Below, one piece after another: positions 46,514 through 56,197 of a DNA stretch of 64,000 bases. Below the pieces are notes generated by a model. It was not told where the DNA came from, did no database searches, and saw nothing but the letters and a program-made list of their open reading frames with translations. Within the stretch, counting starts at the first letter, position 1, and every line of letters starts with the position of its first letter. Source of the stretch: a virus (lineage: Duplodnaviria; Caudoviricetes); IMG/VR virus record IMGVR_UViG_3300007965_000002, positions 25,862 to 89,861 of that record. One strand, given 5' to 3'. The position numbers and the translations under genes are program-made.

Positions 46514-48922
46514 TTATCCTTTAAGTTCATATAACTCTGGGTATTGCTTAGCAAACTTACCACAACTATAGTCATCAGAACCACCTTTCTCTGAGTCTGA
46601 TTCAACACCAACACCATGACCACCGAAGTTAAGTCCACGGTCGCGTTGAATACACTCAATTACTAAAGCAGTATATTCATCTACTTGATCCTCTCGTACA
46701 ATAGCTACGATAGAGTCATGTACCAACATACGAATACTAGCATCCATTCCTAGCTCTTGGATTCTATTTTCTGCTTCTACTGCACCTAATAAAAGTACAT
46801 CAGAAGATGCTCCCTGAATAATAGCGTTAAATCCTGAACGTAATTCTTCACCTACAGTTTCTCTAGATGCTGAACGAATATTACGTAGTCTACGTTTACG
46901 ACCAAAATGGCTATAAATGAAACCATGTTGCTTAATCTGTTCATGTGAATCTTCAATCCAACGTTTTAAGTCAGGGAATCTATTGAAGTATGTATCAATA
47001 TAGCCTTGAGCATCTATCTTATCAATAGGCTCGTATGGGCAACCCGTCTTAACATGTTGTTCGAATAACGACTCATTAATAGATTCTGCTACTTTAGAGG
47101 GCCCACTACCGAATAGAATACCGAATGAAATAGCTTTAGATGCCTGACGTAAAGCAGGGAACATCTCTTTTAATTCATGTGCTAAACAGTTAGGTCTAAA
47201 TACCATGTGTGCAATAGAACTATGGAAGTCGGCAGAAATAACAGACTTGTCAGCCATATCATTGAATACTTTCTGTAGGTTTTTATCACCACTTAAAGCA
47301 GCAGCTACCCACATTTCCGCAGTTTCCATATCCACAGCAACAATCTTATAACCCTCTGGGGCTACGATACACGCTTTAACCATAGCATCATCACGAGGAA
47401 GTTGCTGTAGGTTTAGTTTACCAGACGAGCTAAGACGACCCGAAGTGGTCGTATGTTGACTGAACCCTGTACGTAAACAACCATCACGGTCAATATTGTC
47501 TAGCATTTTGATAATGTATGTGTTAAGTACTTTTGTTGCTTTACGAATTTCCAATAGTAACTTTGGTAACTCATGAGTTTCACCTAACTTCTCTAGTACT
47601 TCCGCATCTGTTGAGATAGCACCAGTACCAGTAAACTTATTAAGTGGTGTAATTTTAGCAATATCGAATAATAAGGTTCTTAATTGCATAACTGAACCAG
47701 GGTTTAACTTCTTACCCATCTTAGCTTCGAACTCAGCTACTTCTGGTCTAGTATATAGACGTTCATTTAATACATTAATTTTATCATATAATGCATGCTT
47801 ACACTTAATTAAACGCTCTTTATCTGTAGGAACACCACGGTCTTCCATAGTAGTTAAGAACTGTAGTCCTGGTAGCATTACATTGTAATATAAGCTACTT
47901 AATGCAGGGTTACTATCAACAAGAGGCTTGAACTTCTTAGCTAATCGTAGAGTTGCGTCAGTATCTCCAGCAGCATAAGGCCAGATAATATCGAATGGGA
48001 TTAAGTCATATGAGAAATCTTCTTGCTTTAGTTTATGCAACGAGCAATATTCTTTCTTAAAGTCATCAAGTGCTTCATCATAGTTACCCATATCTGTGTA
48101 CTTGATAGTTAATGATTTTAACCCGTGTGTACCACTACGTTCATCTAGAACATAATGTAGTAGCATTGTATCGTGTAAACGATGTTCTCTAAATGCTTTA
48201 GCAAACTGCCAATGGAAGTGATATGTAAAAAACTTCATATCGAACTTAGCATTATGTAGGAAAATATCTACATTAGGATTATCTAATACTTCCTTTTGGA
48301 AACGGAAGGATACTAAGTCACTTAAAGCATCTGCATGAATATACACACCTTGATGTGTTTTATGCGAAATACTCACGCCTAGAACATAACCATCACGAGG
48401 ATAGAATGCTGTAGTTTCCGAGTCAAGACCAATAGCTTGTACCTTTTCTGCCTGTAGCAAATCTAAGTAAGCTAAGGCTTCTTCCTCTGTAGTAATTGCT
48501 TTATAATCAACAGGTGCTTTACTAACTGTTTTACCAGAAATAAGCGATATGATTGCATTTACAGAGGTCTCTAGTATAGGTTTGATTTCAGGTTTAAAGT
48601 GTTGCATAGCTGGGTTTACAATAGCGTATAACCCATCATGTTCTTTGCCCTCAAACTCTTTACTAGTTTTTAATTTTACATTACGACCAGTAGCGTCTGA
48701 TATTGCTGTAGACTTAGAGAAGATTTTTAAGGCATCTGCTCCTACTAATACTACATGTGCATAATCGAAGATAATATTCATATCTAAGGTTACGTGCTTT
48801 TTGTATAATGTCTTTACTTTTTCTTCTGTTAGATATACAACATCAACAGGCATTCCCCCTAATAGTTTAGAATAATCTGTTCTATTAGGATTTTTATCAA
48901 TAACTAATACCTTATCTTTCAT
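46514..48922 (-). CDS. pol: DNA polymerase (family A) with 3'-5' exonuclease
   Basis: LDSET, HNAKFD, TGRLSS-like TSGRLSS, KAISFGILFG, VHDSI; promoter TTTACT-17-TATAAT at 48981-48953. Confidence 0.97.
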   Translation of the reverse strand: MKDKVLVIDKNPNRTDYSKLLGGMPVDVVYLTEEKVKTLYKKHVTLDMNIIFDYAHVVLVGADALKIFSKSTAISDATGRNVKLKTSKEFEGKEHDGLYAIVNPAMQHFKPEIKPILETSVNAIISLISGKTVSKAPVDYKAITTEEEALAYLDLLQAEKVQAIGLDSETTAFYPRDGYVLGVSISHKTHQGVYIHADALSDLVSFRFQKEVLDNPNVDIFLHNAKFDMKFFTYHFHWQFAKAFREHRLHDTMLLHYVLDERSGTHGLKSLTIKYTDMGNYDEALDDFKKEYCSLHKLKQEDFSYDLIPFDIIWPYAAGDTDATLRLAKKFKPLVDSNPALSSLYYNVMLPGLQFLTTMEDRGVPTDKERLIKCKHALYDKINVLNERLYTRPEVAEFEAKMGKKLNPGSVMQLRTLLFDIAKITPLNKFTGTGAISTDAEVLEKLGETHELPKLLLEIRKATKVLNTYIIKMLDNIDRDGCLRTGFSQHTTTSGRLSSSGKLNLQQLPRDDAMVKACIVAPEGYKIVAVDMETAEMWVAAALSGDKNLQKVFNDMADKSVISADFHSSIAHMVFRPNCLAHELKEMFPALRQASKAISFGILFGSGPSKVAESINESLFEQHVKTGCPYEPIDKIDAQGYIDTYFNRFPDLKRWIEDSHEQIKQHGFIYSHFGRKRRLRNIRSASRETVGEELRSGFNAIIQGASSDVLLLGAVEAENRIQELGMDASIRMLVHDSIVAIVREDQVDEYTALVIECIQRDRGLNFGGHGVGVESDSEKGGSDDYSCGKFAKQYPELYELKG

Positions 48923-48973
48923 TATAACCTCATTTGTTTTATTAACTTAATTATTATAGCAATTTCCAACTAA

Positions 48974-49831
48974 TTAGTAAACTAGTTTATCAATCTCTGC
49001 GCTAATAAGATGTACTTCTTGTTCCTCTAGTGATCCTGGGTCTTTGTCAAAAGGTAAGTATTCGTTGAATATGTGTACTGCCATACTAGTTTTAATTTCT
49101 ATTATCTTTTTAAGATAAGCAGCCGCTGAATTACCAGCCTTGTCATTATCTAATAATAGTATTACTTCCTGTACCCCTGATAACATTAAAGGTGTTATCT
49201 TATCTAGTATGTTTCTTTCAGATAGAGACTTTGTGCCGAATAGACAGGCTACATTAGTCATACCATGTTTTTCTAGATTTAGCATATCGAATATACCCTC
49301 TACTAGTACAACATACTTACCAGCAACATGGGGATAAATTGGTATAGCCCTACTCTCTGGGTATACTTTGTACTTAGGTGGCACTGTTGAATAGAAGTTT
49401 CTACCTATAATATTAGTAATTTTACCACTAATATCTGTAATAGGGAAACATAGTCTATCCTCAAAATTAGGATGCTGAAAAGTTTTGTACTTCTTATATA
49501 ACTTAGGAGGTATATCTCTATAGTCTCCTAGGTAAAACTCGGAACCTTCAGGTATTTCTATACCTGAAATATCCATCATTATATTTGATATTTTATTCTT
49601 TAGCTCTGCTGCTTTTCTACTAATAGGGTTGTAGTACTCATTAAAGTATTCAAATATATTCTGTCCTGCAAATCCACAAGCAAAACAGTTATACTTACCT
49701 ACAGTCTTATCTATTCGCATAGAGGGGCTAGAGTCATTATGGTCAGGAGATAGGCAACAAACTAATGCGTCGTTGCCTTTCTCAATATATGGGATTTGCT
49801 TTCTATTCAGTAATTCTAATACCTTACTCAT
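48974..49831 (-). CDS. pri: DNA primase
   Basis: CLSPDH..CFAC zinc finger, TOPRIM VEGIFD / DND. Confidence 0.93.
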   Translation of the reverse strand: MSKVLELLNRKQIPYIEKGNDALVCCLSPDHNDSSPSMRIDKTVGKYNCFACGFAGQNIFEYFNEYYNPISRKAAELKNKISNIMMDISGIEIPEGSEFYLGDYRDIPPKLYKKYKTFQHPNFEDRLCFPITDISGKITNIIGRNFYSTVPPKYKVYPESRAIPIYPHVAGKYVVLVEGIFDMLNLEKHGMTNVACLFGTKSLSERNILDKITPLMLSGVQEVILLLDNDKAGNSAAAYLKKIIEIKTSMAVHIFNEYLPFDKDPGSLEEQEVHLISAEIDKLVY

Positions 49832-51309
49832 TAGTCAAGCTCCATAGCTGCTGGTGTTCCCCATTCCTTTGATTCATCATCTTTTTTCTTTCCACGTTTT
49901 TTAGGCTTCTCATCTTCATTACCTGCACTAGATAAATCAGCTCCCATTATAGAAGCTAACTGTTGAGGAGATAACTCAATACTACTAATAGTAAGCTTAT
50001 CCCAATCTATACCAGTGGCAAAGTCAATTGTAGGTAGCGAACGTGCTTTAGTTCCTGTCCATTTTAATGCACCCATAGATTCTCCATTTTTACTATGAAT
50101 TGCTTCTACGGTAAATGCAAAGTCACATGAGTCTAAGATACCCTTGGCCATTCTAGCCTCGCCATTCTCGTCAATCTGGTACGGCGCGAATATAGTTACA
50201 TCGTGCTTACGCGCCAGAGCTTTTAGTCTCTTGGCAATTACTATCTGATTTTTCCAATCATACATGTTGGCATCGTTAGAGCCGTCTACTACTATTTGGT
50301 TTATATAATCCACAATAACTGGCCCTAGTTTTTTACCGTATTTGGCTTTTAGGTTGGTAAGATACATGTCTATAGAAGATAGTTTTAGTTCCGGGTCATC
50401 AATTACAATTAAACCTTTGTCTGGGTCATCTATGCCTTGGGTCTGTAGCAGTTTTTCTAACTTAATAAAGTCATCAAATTCTACTAAGGTACCACAACTA
50501 GCTAGAATCTCTCTACCATTTATAAACATATCGGCACGAACTCTAGCCATGTTCTCTAAATCTGTAATGGTATAGTCTTGGTTACGAACTTTAATTGCAT
50601 CAATACCTGCACATATACCTATATAACGTAGCATTGTTTCTTCTGCTGACATTTCTATAGAGAAATAAGGTACAAATAACTTTTCTTCTTGCACGGACTT
50701 TTTAGCAATATTAATACATATTACTGATTTACCTGCACCACGTCTACCACCTATAAGGAATACTTCACCACGACGTAACGCTCCATACTCTGCATCCAGT
50801 TTATTACTGATACCTGAGTACATAACTTCTTCTGCGGCATCTTCTTTTGTTTTGAAGATGGTAATATCTCTAGCTGTATGCATATATGATGATGGTTTTA
50901 TAGATTCTTCTAGAGTTACAGGAATAGAGTTTGCTAGTTCCATTATCTCCGAAGATGACTTTAACGAAATATCATCAATTGCTTTAGATATCAACGTTAA
51001 AAATTGTTGTTGGGTATATTGATCCTTTAAGGTTTCTATTGCTAAGTCAAAGTCAGTAATGTCAGGTATATCTAGTGATTCTAATGCTGCTATACTAATG
51101 CTAAGCATAGGACTACGAGAACTATCTAACTTCAGCTCCCCTAAAGTGGGCATTTTACCATGTCTATCATAAAACCTAGATATAGCTTGTAGAATCGAAG
51201 TATACGCAGGGGTAAAGTACTCTCTCTTTACTTCTGTATACCTAGTTAACGCTTCCTCTCTTGACTCTGATTTTAGCAGCAGATATATTACTACTGCTTC
51301 TACATTCAT
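49831..51309 (-). CDS. D6: Replicative DnaB-like helicase
   Basis: GGRRGAGKS, SIEM, IVDYIN. Confidence 0.92.
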   Translation of the reverse strand: MNVEAVVIYLLLKSESREEALTRYTEVKREYFTPAYTSILQAISRFYDRHGKMPTLGELKLDSSRSPMLSISIAALESLDIPDITDFDLAIETLKDQYTQQQFLTLISKAIDDISLKSSSEIMELANSIPVTLEESIKPSSYMHTARDITIFKTKEDAAEEVMYSGISNKLDAEYGALRRGEVFLIGGRRGAGKSVICINIAKKSVQEEKLFVPYFSIEMSAEETMLRYIGICAGIDAIKVRNQDYTITDLENMARVRADMFINGREILASCGTLVEFDDFIKLEKLLQTQGIDDPDKGLIVIDDPELKLSSIDMYLTNLKAKYGKKLGPVIVDYINQIVVDGSNDANMYDWKNQIVIAKRLKALARKHDVTIFAPYQIDENGEARMAKGILDSCDFAFTVEAIHSKNGESMGALKWTGTKARSLPTIDFATGIDWDKLTISSIELSPQQLASIMGADLSSAGNEDEKPKKRGKKKDDESKEWGTPAAMELD

Positions 51310-51614
51310 TTATTCATCTTTTCTTCTGTATCAGATACTACTTCATCTAATATCTCCCTAAACTGGGTAATTACATCTGTTATTAACTTATCTTTTGCAA
51401 TATTATAATACTCTTTGTCCTTAGAGTCAACTAGAATATTCGCAATCTTCTCGGCTAATAGAGTTTGAGCACAGAAATATAAGTTGGCGTAATCATTGCC
51501 AGAGGATGGTAGAGCAATTACCGTTGCGTAGGAGCCATGAGCAAGCTTAGCCTGCTCAATTGCTTGTTGGGGGGAAATAGATTCTTCATCTGGTGAAATA
51601 ATTAATACTCTCAT
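51306..51614 (-). CDS. Hypothetical protein
   Basis: 102-aa ORF overlapping both neighbours. Confidence 0.65.
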   Translation of the reverse strand: MRVLIISPDEESISPQQAIEQAKLAHGSYATVIALPSSGNDYANLYFCAQTLLAEKIANILVDSKDKEYYNIAKDKLITDVITQFREILDEVVSDTEEKMNK

Positions 51615-52444
51615 TAGTCCTCCAGGATTTTAAATTCAGCTACATCATCATATCCTGTAATAGTAAAAGCAGCAGCATTTACTATTTCTACGTCTTTAAT
51701 AAACTTTGTATTACTAGAGGAATCCTCATCTTTACATAAGAAACTAAAACCTACTGATACGTATTTAAAGTTATTATTTGGCATTAAGTTAAAATGGGCA
51801 CCAATACTAAATAATCCATTATGAACAGATTCAAATAGTTCTGTTATTACACCAACTGGAGGTAAATCCTCTCTATAATCTTCTAGTATTACCATTGGAA
51901 GCTTAACCTTAGATACAGCTAATCTTAGTTCATCTACTGAGATTACATAACTACCTCTACCATACATAGCTATATTTTCTTTAGTTGGATTAGCTATAAT
52001 TGACATTATACTATCGGTTTTGCACTTAATCATTTTTGTTTCTCCTAATAGATGTACAGGGGCAATATCGTCATAAGCTAAGGACTTTTCAATAAAGAAT
52101 AGCTTTATTCTAAATGCTAGTAGCTCTATCTCTTCATTTTTACCTAGGGTAGGTACACAGGTAAAACCTATAGATAACTTTAATTTATCATCTAATAGTT
52201 CCTCATGTAGCTCAAATATAGCACCTATGCTTTTCTCACCTAAATACTCTGACCTAAATAATTCTACTACATTACCTATTATATTATCTTTATCCTTACT
52301 AAACTGAATTGGCATAGGTAACTCTACCTTTTCCATTGCAGCGAATAAGTCCTCCTCTGTAATACAGACTGCTTGTATATTACTAGTGTGCTGCAGAGCA
52401 TTACCTTTAGTTGACATTATACTATCGGTTTTGTACTTAATCAT
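51614..52444 (-). CDS. Tandem-duplicated protein resembling a degenerate prohead-protease fold; internal start at 52033
   Basis: Two MIK(Y/C)KTDSIMS repeats 137 codons apart, each with its own RBS; S(I/V)GF motifs. Confidence 0.7.
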   Translation of the reverse strand: MIKYKTDSIMSTKGNALQHTSNIQAVCITEEDLFAAMEKVELPMPIQFSKDKDNIIGNVVELFRSEYLGEKSIGAIFELHEELLDDKLKLSIGFTCVPTLGKNEEIELLAFRIKLFFIEKSLAYDDIAPVHLLGETKMIKCKTDSIMSIIANPTKENIAMYGRGSYVISVDELRLAVSKVKLPMVILEDYREDLPPVGVITELFESVHNGLFSIGAHFNLMPNNNFKYVSVGFSFLCKDEDSSSNTKFIKDVEIVNAAAFTITGYDDVAEFKILED

Positions 52445-52459
52445 TTTGTTGTTCCTAAT

Positions 52460-52487
52460 AAAAAAGGGGAGACCGAAGCCTCCCCTT
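52460..52487 (-). terminator. Terminator after D5
   Basis: GC-rich stem with TTCG loop plus T6 on - strand. Confidence 0.8.
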
Positions 52488-52508
52488 AATGGTTATAAAA
52501 CGTGTTGC

Positions 52509-53255
52509 TTATTCAGCAGAATCTTTCTTTGCGTCTAATGAGGCACGTTTCTTAGCACCATCATGGTCAAGACAGCTAATACCACGGCGGGTTAGCATAT
52601 TCTTTAATCCACGAGCTGACATATTAGTAGCGGTACATAAAGCTTCTAGTGTAGAACCAGCGATATCTAAACCATCTAATGGGTCTTTACGACGTGCAGC
52701 CGTTGAAGTTGCTTGTACTGGTTGAGCTGTTAAGCGACCCTCACGAACAAGGCTTAAACCTTTACCGCGAGCTGAAACAACTGAAACACCAAGTGCTTCT
52801 GCAATATCTTCTAGAGATGCGTTTGCTTCTGCCATTTCAACATAGATAGCTTCTTGTTCAGGGCTATAAGTACGTTTTGCTTCACGCTTAGGAGTAGGTT
52901 TAACTGAACCAGTTAATTCCATGCTGAGGATTTTACCTTGAACTTGCTTATCAGTAATGCCAGCACCACTAAATAATACTTGAGCAATTTCAGCATATGT
53001 GTGAGTTGCATCATGTGATTCTAGGAATGAACGTAGTTCAGCTTCCATTTCAGCAGTCCAGATTGACGCTTTAGCTGATGCTTTTTCTACTTCGTGACCA
53101 AGTTTACGTAACTTAGCACCTACTGAACGTGTACTTCCACCCATAGCTTCTGCGATTTCAGCAACAGTTGCTTGAGATACAACTTCCATTCCAGCTACTG
53201 AAGCTTCTAGAGTTGCGGTGTTTTCTTCGTTCCAAGTGATTTTATTGTTTGACAT
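52509..53255 (-). CDS. D5: D5 DNA-binding transcription/replication regulator
   Basis: WNEENT, RSVGAKLRKLG, KQVQGKILSMELT; synteny. Confidence 0.88.
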   Translation of the reverse strand: MSNNKITWNEENTATLEASVAGMEVVSQATVAEIAEAMGGSTRSVGAKLRKLGHEVEKASAKASIWTAEMEAELRSFLESHDATHTYAEIAQVLFSGAGITDKQVQGKILSMELTGSVKPTPKREAKRTYSPEQEAIYVEMAEANASLEDIAEALGVSVVSARGKGLSLVREGRLTAQPVQATSTAARRKDPLDGLDIAGSTLEALCTATNMSARGLKNMLTRRGISCLDHDGAKKRASLDAKKDSAE

Positions 53256-53284
53256 GTATAGTTTTCCTCCAAGGAAATTTTATT

Positions 53285-54055
53285 TTAAGAAGTTAGTTGT
53301 TTAATAGTAACAATGGGGATTCCCATAGCTACAGCTTTCTTATAAGATGCACTTGACTTCTTCGAGTCATCCTCACAAATAAGATGAGTTACTACTTTAG
53401 TAACTGAGGTTTTTGATTCCCATCCTAGAGGCAATAAGAAAGCTTCTGCTGCTCCACGATTAGGAAAGTCATTTAATTTGCCAGTAATACAAACACACCC
53501 TTTAATTGCAGTGGTACTTGTTAAACTTACTGGACTTTGCAAATCAAGATCTAAAGCTAATACCCTATCGCATAAAGGACTTTCAATAAAGCTAACAAGA
53601 CTAGCATGTTTAACTTTACCTAACTCTTTTACGAATGATTCAGTTAGTAACTCTGGAGACCTAAGCGCTTCTATCTTCTTAATCTTGTTTGCAATTATTT
53701 TGCTTGAAGATAATGCGATAGATTTAATACCTAAGCCTTGAATAAATAACTCTAGCTTTTGTGACCTTGACGCTATGATTCCGTCATATATCTTTGTACC
53801 GTTGGCGATACCAAGAATATCGGTTAATTCATCTAATGTAATTTCGTATAATTGAGGAATACTAATGAATCCATGTTCAAATAGTTTCTCAATAGATTTC
53901 TCTCCCAACCCTTTAATCTTCATCACTTTAGTGAAGTTCTCTAATCTCTTAGTATTCTGAGCAGGACAATCTTCAGTATTTCTACAGAATAATTCTGTAG
54001 CTGTCATTTCAAGCAGTTCACCACAAGACGGGCAATATTTTGGTATTTGAATCAA
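53285..54055 (-). CDS. ligB: NAD-dependent DNA ligase subunit B (Zn finger, HhH, BRCT)
   Basis: CPSCG..FCRN..CPAQ, IKGLG, CITGKL BRCT. Confidence 0.92.
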   Translation of the reverse strand: MIQIPKYCPSCGELLEMTATELFCRNTEDCPAQNTKRLENFTKVMKIKGLGEKSIEKLFEHGFISIPQLYEITLDELTDILGIANGTKIYDGIIASRSQKLELFIQGLGIKSIALSSSKIIANKIKKIEALRSPELLTESFVKELGKVKHASLVSFIESPLCDRVLALDLDLQSPVSLTSTTAIKGCVCITGKLNDFPNRGAAEAFLLPLGWESKTSVTKVVTHLICEDDSKKSSASYKKAVAMGIPIVTIKQLTS

Positions 54056-54072
54056 TTTCTTAATTCCTTATT

Positions 54073-54284
54073 AGTATACTAGTTAAGTGACAAGCCAGTC
54101 AAGCAAATTTTTAATCTATTTAGGTTTGCTATTCGCTTGCTGCTCATTACCTAATTTCTAAAACTATTATAACTGATATAAATCGATTAGTAAAGAAATA
54201 TTTTAAACTTCTGTGCCTCACAGTATTTAGTGGATTGCTTCAAAAGAGAAAATATATTATAGCTAAGTAAATGCTAAACGTCAA
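54073..54284 (-). promoter_or_regulatory. Three promoters between ligA and ligB
   Basis: TTGACG-17-TATAAT (54284-54256), TTTACT-17-TATAAT (54194-54166), TTGACT-18-TATACT (54102-54073). Confidence 0.7.
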
Positions 54285-54310
54285 GATTACTTTATAATTT
54301 AGGTTAGGAG

Positions 54311-55309
54311 TTATTCAACCATCCCAATAATACACGGGATAATTTCTCCAGAACGAATAATCTTCACTTTACAACCCACATAAAGTCCCATAGCTTCAAT
54401 AAATTTAGGATTGTTTAAAGTGGCCTTAGATACTTTGGCTCCATCAATTTCTATTGGTTCAATAATAGCTTTAGGCACTACTTTACCAGTTCTACCTGTA
54501 TTCCACTCAATAGATAGTAACGTAGTTACCATAAACTCTTTATCTTCTTTTATCGAGAATGCACCTCTTGGGAACTTAGCAGTAAATCCTAGTTTATAAA
54601 ACTGAGCATTATCATCCATACGAAGCACTCTACCATCAAATGCAATTTTTAGCATCGGTTTTGCACTTAGTAATTCTGGTACTCCCAGTACAGTATTAAA
54701 ACCAAATTTATCAAGCTCTACCATATCTTGGGTATATGTAGCTGTAAGAGGTACTGTACCTTTACCAGTTACATTGTAGGCAAAGAACATAAGTCCTAGT
54801 TTAGCGGCTTCTTCTGCAAACTCTGTATCACTAGATAACTGTAATTTACCACTAGCTAAGTTACGGGCGTTATCTACATCTTTAGTAGCTGCTACTTCGC
54901 CATTAACTTGGATAAAGTCGTGTACTGAGTTTAGTTCAAAAGAACTTGGTATTTTTAAGTGGGCATGGCGAATATGCGGAACTATCATACCAGCAGCTAC
55001 ACTACCACGAGTAACTATACGATTTAATACGTATAAATCAACACCTACTTTCTCGTATACTAGCTCTAAAGCAGCACCGTCTAGCTTATTGGATTCTACC
55101 CATCCTACATGATTTGGTAATGTATCACCACGACAAGGGTAGAACTTCTGTAGCGAGTACATAGGATTTAGATGATCTATGTCACCTGTTGGCCCTATAC
55201 TAGTTTCGCTATCTTCGTTGTGGGAAACAAGAGCATCATACTGTTCGTCAGTAATCAAGGGATTACCTAAGTAGTAAGCTTCTTGGTATTTTGCAATTAA
55301 GTCTTTCAT
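54311..55309 (-). CDS. ligA: NAD-dependent DNA ligase subunit A (adenylation and OB domains)
   Basis: YYLGNPLITDEQYD, MYSLQK, KLDG, NGE, GRTGKVVP, GEIIP. Confidence 0.93.
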   Translation of the reverse strand: MKDLIAKYQEAYYLGNPLITDEQYDALVSHNEDSETSIGPTGDIDHLNPMYSLQKFYPCRGDTLPNHVGWVESNKLDGAALELVYEKVGVDLYVLNRIVTRGSVAAGMIVPHIRHAHLKIPSSFELNSVHDFIQVNGEVAATKDVDNARNLASGKLQLSSDTEFAEEAAKLGLMFFAYNVTGKGTVPLTATYTQDMVELDKFGFNTVLGVPELLSAKPMLKIAFDGRVLRMDDNAQFYKLGFTAKFPRGAFSIKEDKEFMVTTLLSIEWNTGRTGKVVPKAIIEPIEIDGAKVSKATLNNPKFIEAMGLYVGCKVKIIRSGEIIPCIIGMVE

Positions 55310-55500
55310 TTATATTCCTTGTTCATCTTATTAACTAGGTAGTTTATATGGGATGCATCCCTAGAAGTTGTACCCGTATCTTTCCAGTAGCTAATAATAC
55401 CTAATAAGCTACATTTCTCTTGTACTACGTACATTGAGTACTTACGTCCTTTTTGAACTACAAGTCTCAGCTTTACTCTGTACTTATCGGTATTTTTCAT
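55306..55500 (-). CDS. Hypothetical protein
   Basis: 64 aa; promoter TTGACT-17-TATAAT at 55558-55530. Confidence 0.6.
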   Translation of the reverse strand: MKNTDKYRVKLRLVVQKGRKYSMYVVQEKCSLLGIISYWKDTGTTSRDASHINYLVNKMNKEYK

Positions 55501-55569
55501 TATTAGCCCTTTCTCAATTCAATAAAGATATTATACGCTAATTTAAGCATATAGTCAATAAAAGAATAC

Positions 55570-55597
55570 AAAAAAGCCCACCTATTCAGTGGGCTTT
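55570..55597 (-). terminator. Terminator
   Basis: AAAGCCCAC...GTGGGCTTT plus T-run on - strand. Confidence 0.75.
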
Positions 55598-55884
55598 CTT
55601 AGGTCGATGCCATGCTCTAGTAGCTTAGTTATTACTTCGCCTTCGCTCATTAGCGATACTAAAGAACCCCATAGACTAGCAACAGAGTCGATAGTATAGG
55701 GTAATGTTACACCTTCTTTGGTTGGGTAATAAGTTTCTTCATCAAAAGATAGCTTCCACCATCTTAATGATACATATAGCGTGTCCCTAAACTCGGAGAC
55801 AGCCAACCTAAGCTGTTTGTCTCCTTTGTCACACACTATCTTAGAACCCAAGTCCTCTAGTTGCTCAATTTCCTCGGGAAACAC
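55582..55884 (-). CDS. PC4-like ssDNA-binding protein / coactivator
   Basis: LAVSEFRDTLYVSLRWW...YPTKEGVTLP. Confidence 0.8.
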   Translation of the reverse strand: MFPEEIEQLEDLGSKIVCDKGDKQLRLAVSEFRDTLYVSLRWWKLSFDEETYYPTKEGVTLPYTIDSVASLWGSLVSLMSEGEVITKLLEHGIDLRKPTE

Positions 55885-56185
55885 GAGCAGACTTTTTCAA
55901 TTCAGCATTTAAACTAGTTACTTGTTTAATAGATTCTAGTGATAGAGTGCGGAATTTATCTTTAGAATAGGAGAAGATTAACACTTCGCCCTCACCTACT
56001 TCTGGTCTAGGGGAACCATACGTAGCTTTATTCTTAGCTTCGATTCGAGCTATATGTTTATCATTGAAGTCGGTTGTGCCAACTACGAATGTTGATTTTC
56101 TTCCGTTAATGACAGTTTCAGGTGTGTACGTAATAAACGACACACCATATTTAGTCATTAAATCTTCGAATTTATTTGCATCCAT
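55865..56185 (-). CDS. Conserved T5-like hypothetical protein
   Basis: VGTTDF..KHI, FSYSKDKFR; synteny after D3. Confidence 0.75.
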   Translation of the reverse strand: MDANKFEDLMTKYGVSFITYTPETVINGRKSTFVVGTTDFNDKHIARIEAKNKATYGSPRPEVGEGEVLIFSYSKDKFRTLSLESIKQVTSLNAELKKSARVSRGN

Positions 56186-56197
56186 GACAAGCCCCTA

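Noticed and set aside
46514-51309. Inteins in polymerase, primase or DnaB helicase
   Set aside because: Lengths match intein-free orthologues, and I saw no C...HN intein boundaries
53285-55309. Broken ligase pseudogene or hidden intron
   Set aside because: The two-gene NAD ligase is normal for T5-like phages, both halves are intact, and the gap has no P/Q/R/S elements
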